Assembly: GCF_006345805.1 (NCBI RefSeq)
Contig: NW_021834643.1
Span: forward strand, 1-46,648
Direction: 5' to 3'
DNA length: 46,648 bases
From: Octopus sinensis
Taxonomy: Eukaryota
The translations under genes and the position numbers were made by a program. The notes beneath the pieces were generated by a model. It saw only the letters and a program-made list of their open reading frames with translations, was not told the origin of the DNA and did no database searches. Positions 12,861-22,487 of this stretch are shown here, in pieces; position 1 is the stretch's first letter; each line of letters opens with the position of its first letter.

Positions 12861-13092
12861 ATATATATAAATCACCCTTATTATTTTAAATTTAAATTTA
12901 AATAACTATGTTCTCTAACCGGCAAAATTCACTGCAGAGAATTATTTTTTGCAGAATTATTTCCGGTATTTTGGCGCGCCAAAACGAAGACTTTTCAAAT
13001 ATAACCCCAAATGTAATTGGTGGAACTATATGCATGTTCAATCTCATGCGGACATCACGTGTATAGTTCTGCAAATTATATTTTGCTATGAC

Positions 13093-13165
13093 GATTACTC
13101 TGACGAGTTGCGGACATCTACGTAAGTGATTACGTAAATGGTAAAAACGAAACTGGTTTGTGATT
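13093..13165 (+). ncRNA. Hammerhead-like motif with canonical CUGACGA core and long stem II
   Basis: GATTACT-CTGACGA-GTT...[TACGTAA-gtga-TTACGTA]...AAC-GAAAC-TG-GTT|TGTGATT. Stem I has 6 pairs plus a U-U closing mismatch. Confidence 0.45.
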
Positions 13166-13523
13166 AATCTGAATATTTTGTATCTTTTCATTTGTCTTGC
13201 TCGCTTACTTTCTAGCGTTTGCTAAATTTTCTTGAGAACATTGCTTTCTTAGTTGTAAGACCATAGGGGGTCGACTTCGAGCATAATGGATGTCCACTTA
13301 GTAGTCATCCCTCTTATATGTATGCAATATATTTATATATATATATATATATATATAATAGTTATCGCCATACTAATATGGCATTCTTATAAAAATAAGA
13401 AAAAAGCTGTCCGCTTATTAGCTCCATGTGGCCATCGCCTTAAGTTAGCTATTTGATACACAAACTGTATCCATATAACCTTCGAACAAGAGAGGTCAGT
13501 CGCTCCACATTACTTGACCGGCA

Positions 13524-13565
13524 GCTACAGACGCGTTTCGGGCTATTGCCCCTTTTCAATGCAGC
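13524..13565 (-). ncRNA. Type I minimal hammerhead ribozyme, U3-A8 variant, copy 1
   Basis: Minus strand GCTGCA-TTGAAAA-GGGGCAATAGCCC-GAAAC-GC-GTC-TGTAGC. Stem I 6 bp; stem II has one mismatch relative to copies 2 and 3. Confidence 0.65.
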
Positions 13566-13882
13566 GTAGCCAGCCAGTAGGTGTCGCTTCCGACAATCTC
13601 TGTTCGATGGTTTTATTTACCTAGTTTCGGTGGAATACATCCACTTGTTTTCAATGATAGAAATATTAAAATAACTAAGTCTCTCTAAAAGAGAACAGCG
13701 GCAGCGTTCCCGGAAAATAATAGTTATCGCCATACTAATATGGCATTCTTATAAAAATAAGAAAAAAGCTGTCCGCTTATTAGCTCCATGAGGCATCGCC
13801 TTAAGTTAGCTATTGATACACAAACTGTACCATATAACCTTCGAATAAGGGAGGTCAGTCGCTCCACATTACTTGACCGGCA

Positions 13883-13924
13883 GCTACAGACGCGTTTCGG
13901 GGTATTGCCCCTTTTCAATGCAGC
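13883..13924 (-). ncRNA. Type I minimal hammerhead ribozyme, U3-A8 variant, copy 2
   Basis: Minus strand GCTGCA-TTGAAAA-GGGG-CAATA-CCCC-GAAAC-GC-GTC|TGTAGC; all three helices and the core positions are present. Confidence 0.75.
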
Positions 13925-14240
13925 GTAGCCAGCCAGTAGGTGTCGCTTCCGACAATCTCTGTTCGATGGTTTTATTTACCTAGTTTCGGTGGAATACATC
14001 CACTTGTTTTCAATAATAGAAATATTAAAATACTAAGTCTCTCTAAAAGAGAACACGGCAGCGTTCCCGGAAAATAATAGTTATCGCCATACTAATATGG
14101 CATTCTTATAAAAATAAGAAAAAAGCTGTCCGCTTATTAGCTCCATGAGGCCATCGCCTTAAGTTAGCTATTTGATACACAACTGTATCCATATAACCTT
14201 CGAATAGGGAGGTCAGTCGCTCCACATTACTTGACCGGCA

Positions 14241-14282
14241 GCTACAGACGCGTTTCGGGGTATTGCCCCTTTTCAATGCAGC
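14241..14282 (-). ncRNA. Type I minimal hammerhead ribozyme, U3-A8 variant, copy 3
   Basis: Identical 42-nt motif to copy 2. Confidence 0.75.
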
Positions 14283-15103
14283 GTAGCCAGCCAGTAGGTG
14301 TCGCTTCCGACAATCTCTGTTCGATGGTTTTATTTACCTAGTTTCGGTGGAATACATCCACTTGTTTTCAATAATAGAAATATTAAAATAACTAAGTCTC
14401 TCTAAAAGAGAACAGCGGCAGCGTTCCCGGAAAATAATAGTTATCGCCATACTAATATGGCATTCTTATAAAAATAAGAAAAAAGCTGTCCGCTTATTAG
14501 CTCCATGAAAACAAGTGGATGTATTCCACCGAAACTAGGTAAATAAAACCATCGAACAGAGAGCTAATAAGCGGACAGCTTTTTTCTTATTTTTATAAGA
14601 ATGCCATATTAGTATGGCGATAACTATTATTTTCCGGGAACGCTGCCGCTGTTCTCTTTTAGAGAGACTTAGTTATTTTAATATTTCTATATATATAATA
14701 TATATATATATATATGCATGCATGTATGTATGTATGTATGTATGTATAAGTTCATGTGTATGAATAGATACAGATATAATGAATATGTATGTGTGCGTGT
14801 GTACTTATGTGTGTGTATGTGTTTGTGTGAGTGTGTGTGCGTGTGTGTGCGTGTGTGTCTGTGTGTCTGTGTGATGCTACATATGAGTATTCGTAACAGC
14901 AAAAGTAGTGATGAACAACTAGAGAAAGAACTCAATACTGTGATGAAGTGTCTCATATATCTAATGAATTTATGTACTTGTGTACTTGCAGGCAAGTTAA
15001 GAGGCGTTAACAATCCATTTCAAACTTATTAAATGAAACAAGACTAGCAGCCAAATCTCCATGAAATCAGATCCTATTGGATAATCGTTTCTTATTGGAT
15101 AAT

Positions 15104-15325
15104 CTTTTGTACGATAGGCACAAGGCCTGGAATTTAGTAGGGGGCCGTGAGCTAGTCGATCACATGGAAACCCAGTGTTCAACTGGTACTTTTTGTTATG
15201 GGACTCGAAAGAATGAAAGACAAAGTCGACTTCAGCGCGATTTGAACTGAGAACTAGAGACAGGCGGACGAAATACCGAATTGCATTTTGTCTGGCGCGC
15301 AAGGAATTCTTTCAGCTCATTGGCT
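15104..15325 (-). mobile_element. SINE family B, diverged
   Basis: Reverse complement of the family B head, core and tail. Confidence 0.75.
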
Positions 15326-15526
15326 CTTAAGAAAATATTAGATAATTCGACCGTATATATATATGCGAAACATATTCGATAGTCACGTCTGGGACGCTTT
15401 TTCTACGTAGGCGTACATGCTTTTAACTGTCTTGCACCTACTGAACGACAATGACAATAACAAAAATATTTAGTCTCTCAGGTATTGTATTTATACGTCA
15501 TTAGATGATTTTTTTTATTTTTTGTG

Positions 15527-15795
15527 TTTTTATTCTTTTATTCATTTCAGTCATTTGACTACGGCGATGCGGGGGCAACGCCTTTAGTCGAACAAATCGG
15601 CCCCCAGGGTTTATTCTTTGTAAGCCTAGTACTTATTCTATCGATCTATTTTGCCGAACCGCTAAGTTGCGGGGAAATAAACACACAAGCATTGGTTGTC
15701 AAGCGATGTTGCAAGGACAAACACAGACACATAAACATATACATTCATATATATAAATACTTATACATACATTCATAAATAATACATATATACAT

Positions 15796-15849
<54 letters not shown>

Positions 15850-15974
15850 GACAAGTTTCTTTTAGTTTCCGTCTAACAAATCCACTCACAAGGCTTTGGT
15901 CGGCCCGAGGCTATAGTAGAAGACACTTGCCCACGGTGCCACGCACTAGGACTGAACCCGGAACCATGTGGTTG
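15527..15974 (-). mobile_element. SINE family A
   Basis: Reverse-complement copy with internal (CA)/(TA) tract. Confidence 0.88.
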
Positions 15975-16910
15975 ATATTGTTTATTTGTTTCCTGATACT
16001 TTTTTTGGCTTTGGCTCATGTTTACCGTTTGTGTGTATGTGTGCGGAACGTATGTATGTGACGTTGTGTATGTGCGTGAAAATGTTAGGAGCAGGCGTGG
16101 ATGTGTGTTGACAAATTTGAATCCCAACTATATTGTTCTCCAATCAGAACATCTCCAGTGGAAGTTTACAGAATAGTGGAATCTGCTAAGGGCACACGAG
16201 GTGCAATGTGTTAGTCTTATACCAGGTGACACATGACTTCCACTCCTCAAATAAGTCATAGCAGAATTTTAATTGATAACACAAAGACCCCGAACAAATA
16301 CTGCGCCCGCTTTGAGGTTTGACATATATAACAATTCTCCTTATTACCTAAAAATCCGTCTAACGTTCCAATGCATAGAAATCATATTCTATTGTGTTTT
16401 TGTTTTTATCGACCTTGAAATATTGAATAGTAAAGATGACCTAAGTTAAATTTGCACACAGAATGCAGAAGCTTGGACAGAATACTTCGAGGTATTCTAT
16501 TTGGCTCCTTAAGATCTCTGTCAAGTCACTATCTAAATGTGTTGGCACGATCAGCTGCTGTGATGACCATGCATGCTCTTGGACTGACAGTAATCGTTAG
16601 TTATTCCTGTCCTCCGCCCCTAGCAGATGATCTGCAATACTGAGACCTATCCAATCCTTGTTGTAGTTGGACTACAATTATTTCAATTTTTAAATTTTAT
16701 ATTTGCCTTCTACCCTCCTTCAAATATACTGAACTGCCTAAAGAATGGCTTGAACAGAGAATCAGCGGGGTGTAGAGAAGCTCGGTGGGTCCACAACAAC
16801 CGAACTTTCTCTATTTCACTGTAGAACGGACTTGATCTTTTTTTGGTCAGTATATTTAGTAATTTGATACTAGTCAAAGCTGTTTGTCTTCTGCTATATA
16901 TATCTCTCAT

Positions 16911-17165
16911 GTGGAAGCGCGTGGCTTAGTGGTTAGGGTGTCAGCATCATGATCGTAAGATTGCGGTTTCGATTCCTGGACCGGGCGACGCGTTGTGTTC
17001 TTGAGCAAAACACTTCATTTCACGTTGCTCCAATCCACTCAGCTGCCAAAATTGAGTAACGCTGCGATGGACTGGCGTCCCGTCCAGCTGGGGAGCATAT
17101 ACACCATTGAAACCGGGAAACCGGGCCCATGATCCTGGCTAGGCTTTAAAAGGGCGCATTTATTA
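16911..17165 (+). mobile_element. tRNA-derived SINE, family C (Meta-domain-like core)
   Basis: A box TGGCTTAGTGG, B box GTTTCGATTCC, core GTTGTGTTCTTGAGCAAAACACTT...CTCCAATCCACTCAGCTG, tail GATGGACTGGCGTCCCGTCCAG...GAAACCGGGAAACC. Confidence 0.85.
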
Positions 17166-17896
17166 TTTTTTTTATATATATACCCCATGGATAACAGTGT
17201 TTCGAAGGGCTCACCAACGAATGCTTAGATTCTCCCTACTGTGTCAAGTGTGAGTGCACAAATTTCGCATTCAAAACAAAGGAGATCGAACCCTCCAGAG
17301 TGTTGCACAGTTTTGGTTTCGTAACAAAAAATATTGAACTGCGTATGACCGTCAGATCCGTCAATGTAGATGAAGCCAATCTGAATCTTGTTTCTATCTC
17401 TATTAGCGAGATTCATCCTTGTTTAAGGGTGATGCAAAATATCTAATGTTGTGCCCTTTTTAACGATTTTGTTCTGCCAACATGAATTTGATTGCTGCAA
17501 TCTGGTTGGGTTTATTAATATGAATTTTCTACATACACGACTTATAGACTCATGGCTTGTGCAATCATGGGCTGATATGCCCAGAAATTGCATACCTAAG
17601 AGAAAATTTATATATTTGATAAAAGAAGCTCTAATATAAATATTATTAACTACATATACTCAATGTATATCGATTGTGCATTTTCCAGTGCCTTCAACCC
17701 AAGCGAGTAAGTGGTATTGACAAGCCACAAAAGTTGTGAAACACACGGTGTCCATCATTCCCAAATGGGATTCAAGGTGAGTTATCTTGCCTGTCCATGT
17801 CTGAGGTGTTTTACACCCAACGGTTTGGGATTATTTGAGAGTTATTGCAGGCACCAGAAAATACACAAAGCATAAACATTAGGCATATCTTGTTAA

Positions 17897-17946
<50 letters not shown>

Positions 17947-17964
17947 ATAATAATAATAATAATA

Positions 17965-18008
<44 letters not shown>

Positions 18009-18094
18009 TAATAACAATAATAATAGTAATAGTAATAATAATGATAATAATATTAATAATAATAATAATGATAATAATAACAATAATAATAGTA

Positions 18095-18150
<56 letters not shown>
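17897..18150. repeat. (TAC)n-(AAT)n trinucleotide tract
   Basis: Direct inspection. Confidence 0.95.
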
Positions 18151-18262
18151 CTGCACAATAGGGGTAGCTTATCCGGTTCAGGCTATATTATTATCATTAA
18201 TCCTGCATTTGAGAATTTAAAAAAATAACTTCTTTAATAATAATAAGATATATATTCACACA

Positions 18263-19241
18263 CAGGGTGTGATGGGTAAATTATCACCATTTTATATTTT
18301 AATTTCGTGCATGTGCATTGTTTGATTTACAGTATAGTATGGTCAGTTGGGCACCGTCTGTAAGCAAAACAGCACCATGACGCAATTCACTCTGCCAGAA
18401 ATTTGGAAACGACATGCTGTATTACTTGGCATTGGAGACTGAAGCTCCAATACGAACATTTCAGAGTGTTATGGGTGTCAATCTGAGAACATTGCAGAGG
18501 ATTCGGAAAGAGTTGGATAAGTCTAATGATGATTACGAAGGTACAGCAGCTCGGGAAATTCACTCTAATCGTTCTGATAAGAAAAAAAACTCCAGAATTT
18601 GTTTGTGAGATTGACAACGATCCTTCCAAATCATTGAAGGCCATCGCTAGGGACATGGGAGTGTCCGAGTTTCTTATCAGACAGGTAGTGTATGAAGACA
18701 ATTAGTATTCCTCACACAAGATGAGAAAGAGCCAATTTTTATTCGAAGCCGTCAAGGACAAGAGGAAATACCGCGCTACGAAGCTTTTTAACAAACTCAA
18801 GTATCCCCTACAACCGGATTCTGTACCATGCTACACAAGCAGGATAGCCCAGTGATGGCTGTCAGACAATTTCTACGACCACATCACTACTAACATCTGG
18901 CTACCGAACTCCCCATACTGCAACCCCCTTTATTATTATGTGTGGTGCACAGTTGAGCGAGAAACCACCAAAACTCACTGTAATACCAAAGATGAACTGA
19001 AGGAGAGGATTTTGGTAGCATTCACCATCTTAAACAAGGAGACCATCCAGAAGAGTTGAGGAGATTCCGAAGTCGTCTGGAAGCCGTGAATTGAAGCCAA
19101 TGGCAGTTTTATTGAATAAATTTACTCTTTAGTATTTCAAGATATTTTTATGTAATTTTGGTAAATATATCTATTAAAATGAAATGTCAATGTAATTTTC
19201 ATTTTTGCGTAATTTAGACAATGTATTCACCGCAAGCAGTA
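18263..19241 (+). mobile_element. Tc1/mariner (maT/DD37D-like) internally deleted remnant
   Basis: Starts CAGGGTGTGATGGGTAAATT. HTH fragment DNDPSKSLKAIARDMGVSEFLIRQVV; C-terminus IWLPNSPYCNPLYYYVWCTVERET...NTKDELKERI...IEANGSFIE. The middle of the catalytic region is deleted near 18820. Confidence 0.85.
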
Positions 19242-19293
19242 TGCATATATATATATATATATTATATATATATATATATGTATGTATTATATA

Positions 19294-19355
<62 letters not shown>

Positions 19356-19367
19356 GCATGTATAATA

Positions 19368-19419
<52 letters not shown>

Positions 19420-19535
19420 CATATATATATATATACATACATGCGCACATACTTACATACATACATAATACATGCATACATACATACATGCATACATACA
19501 TACTTACATACATACATACATACATACATACACAC
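19240..19535. repeat. (TA)n-(TACA)n tract
   Basis: Direct inspection. Confidence 0.95.
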
Positions 19536-21243
19536 TGACATATATGCACATGCACAAAGTGTGTACATATACGTACGTTCACAATGTTACATACACCAAT
19601 ACAGTGAACTCTCAACCCTCGTTACATCGTATAACGGACGAAATCTGATTTAAGCGAGTGACTGTCAATATTCACTTCTCCTATCTTTGAATTTCATTTC
19701 TGTACGGGTGAATATCGAGAATGGGCGACAATTTTCCATCCATCAGCCCAAACTTTTTTAATTCGTCTCGAATATTAAACTCACTTAGAAATCAAATTAT
19801 GCATCCTAAGGGAAAATAAAGTTTCCTGTCTCCTGTTATGCAATATTGTGGGTAGCAGCTCTTCTGTGATAAAGCTCATTCTGTCATATGTTTTAGACAT
19901 ATGTGAAAATAATGTAAGAGTTACAGAAATAGAGACCGAAGGCAAGTGCCGTTTCACCAGTACAAAAGCTGTTTATGACTAGCTACTCTGTTATTCATTA
20001 AACATACATAATTTCTTTCTAGCTCGAACAGACAGACCTCTTAATCATTCTAATATTCGAATACATTCACCCCTCTCACACTTCTTTCTAATTTCAGCCT
20101 CTTACTTTTATAGTATCTATTCTTGTGCGACTTCTTCATTCTGATTCACTTTCACACTTTCATCGAATAAACACTACGCTTTGGTGGTCCGAAGTTTAAT
20201 AGAGAAATTCGATGAAAATAGATCGACTGAAGTGAGGTTCTTTATAATAATTGTTTTTGCAGTATTAAGATATAACGTCGCCATAAATTGTTTTAAATAT
20301 AATAATTAGTAAGAAACAAGATTAAGTGCGGTCGATATATACAAGTATTTGTACGTTTACTTTTGGCTAATATTTTTGCCAGACGAATAGGTTTAGCAAA
20401 AGCAGTATAGCGCACATTTTCTATTGCTTTGTAATTTTTTTTTTTTTGTCATTTCAGTGACCAAATATTCTTCTATTTTGTATTTGATCTCGGAAAAGTT
20501 AGTATGATGACGTGACCAGCACCGTCTGCCATGTTTCCGTTCAGCCTCCGAGTTTCACAGTGGAGCGTGGATAAATGCGGTGCCATCAATCGCGACGCGC
20601 ACTCAGCTTGATATCGACTGTTTGCGCGTCGGCGTTTCCCTGAAGCTTGGCCTCCAGATCTGTGAGCCTCATGGACGCCTCTACGGATTATTTGGGTTAT
20701 TTTGGCCTCCACCCACAATCATTCCATCATAGTGCTGGCTAACTTACAAGCAATGCCACCCTTAAAAGGAATATAAACCAGTAGCTTCCCTTCTCAGCTC
20801 GAAGCAGCTGAGCTAGATAGAGAGGCCGGTAAAATACCTGACAATATGACAATTTTCCCGTTACGTGACGGTTCGCCCTTCATCTTGGATGCCACATGCT
20901 ATGCCACTTTCTCTAGTGGTAACTTGGTGTTGTCAGTTACCATCTCAGGCTCTGCTGCTCGTCTTTAAGTTATCAGTCGCTCTCTGACATCTTTAGAGTT
21001 GAGCCTGTGGCAGTCGAGATCTGCAGTGTTTTCGGCTCCCGGACCATATATCTCTGCTCACCGTTATCGGGGCAGAGATGGGTATCCGAAAGTGCAAGCT
21101 CCGTGAGTCAGAGATGCTGTTTCAGTGCATCTCTCTCATTATTATCCTCCCACCCCGGGACGACGCCTTTTCCGTTTTGCCTGCCGGGATCATGAGGCGG
21201 TCTGAATTACAAGAAATAGTTAATGTAATGTTACTCCATATAA

Positions 21244-22487
21244 TATTGCGTCATCCCATAAATAATGCAATCTTTTCATTTGCATGAAATGGAGGGGGAC
21301 AGGATAAACTACCTGCATCAACTTACTATAAAAGCAGGTAGTAATTTTACCTTGTGCTTATTCTTAGTGCAAGTTTTGAAGAGTGCAGTTCGATTTTAAC
21401 AGTTATTTTTTCAATGCTATAATGGAAGTGACAGAGGAGCAGTTTCGGCATATTTTGCATTATGAGTTCAATAAAGGCAACAACTCAACGGAAAGTGCGA
21501 GAAATATTAATGCAGTATATGGAGATTGGACAATAAGCGTAAGCCAGTGTCAACGGTGATTCCAGAAATTGCGGGCCGGAAACTACAGTCTAGAAGATTT
21601 GCAGAGCTCGTCCTGGAAGATTTGCAGAGCTCGACGAGGAAATTCTGCAAAACCTGGTGGAAAAAATCCCATTGTAACTATTGAGGAACTAGCAGAGAAG
21701 CTTGGATCTAGTCATTCAACCATTCATCGACAACTGCGTGCCATCGGAAAAGTAAGCAAATTGAGTCACAAACTTTCCGAGTCTAATCGCGCGCAGAGAA
21801 TGAATGTGTGCTCTTCTTAGCTGTCATGTCTCACAAATGAACCTTTTTTTCCACCGAATAGCGACTGTTGATGCGAAATGGCTTCTCACTAAAAATGTCA
21901 AGCGCCGAAGACGGTGGGTAGAGAAAGGAGAAACACGGATACTCAAGGTTAAAGATTTTCACCCACGTAAGGGGTTATTATCTTTTTGGTAGGATATGAA
22001 AGTTTTAGTCCACTTTGAGCTTTTAAACCAATACCAAATGATAACAAAGGAGATCTCCTGTGAGGGGCTTGAGTGGCTTAAGTCAGCGCTAGAAGAAAAA
22101 TTACCATCTGTCATTTCAAGATAATCAGGATAATGCTCGGCCACATACAGCGAGGATGGGATTCCAAAGGCTGGAGCAGTTTGAATGGGAAATGATGCCC
22201 CATCCACCATATGCGCTGGACATCGCCCCATCTGATTATCATTTATTCTGCATTCTTCAAAATTATTTGGACGGAAAAATATGAATTCTGTAGACGAGGC
22301 CTGAATAGTACTGGAGGATTATTTTTCGTCACAGACAAATGAATTTTGGAAGAGGGGCCTTGTACGTCTACCAGATAGATGAAAGTGCATTGTAAAAAAT
22401 GAAGGAGAGTATATTTTAGATTAAAAAAAGAACTTTGTTTATCTTAATTTTTGAAGAATGTAAGAAGGATAAAACGATGATCCAATA
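21244..22487 (+). mobile_element. Mariner (DD34D) transposon, near full length, decayed
   Basis: Broken transposase 21422-22424: MEVTEEQFRHILHYEFNKG..., ATVDAKW (TGDEKW motif), QDNARPH, IAPSDYHLF, ...NEGEYILD*; several stops and frameshifts. Partial TIR match TATTG.GTCATC at 21244 vs GATGATCCAATA ending at 22487. Confidence 0.92.

Larger units (their letters stand above)
13357..14690 (-). mobile_element. ~360-bp tandem array (3 full units, a partial unit and an inverted tail) carrying hammerhead ribozymes; retrozyme / Penelope-like terminal repeat-type element
   Basis: Unit start gttatcgccatac at 13361, 13723, 14080, 14440 (periods 362, 357, 360); flanked on both sides by (TA)n; inverted segments at 14506-14690. 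Confidence 0.8.

Noticed and set aside
13357-14503. CRISPR array
   Set aside because: Whole 360-bp units repeat with no unique spacers; eukaryotic context.
16911-16985. tRNA gene (also considered at 36620-36694)
   Set aside because: A/B boxes continue into SINE bodies and no full cloverleaf is present; these are SINE heads.
20490-21210. GC-richer island as a LINE ORF1/gag remnant or exon
   Set aside because: All frames are interrupted and no recognisable motif could be supported.
21594-21634. 18-bp direct repeat GAAGATTTGCAGAGCTCG inside the mariner
   Set aside because: Small local duplication or conversion within a dead transposase; not informative.
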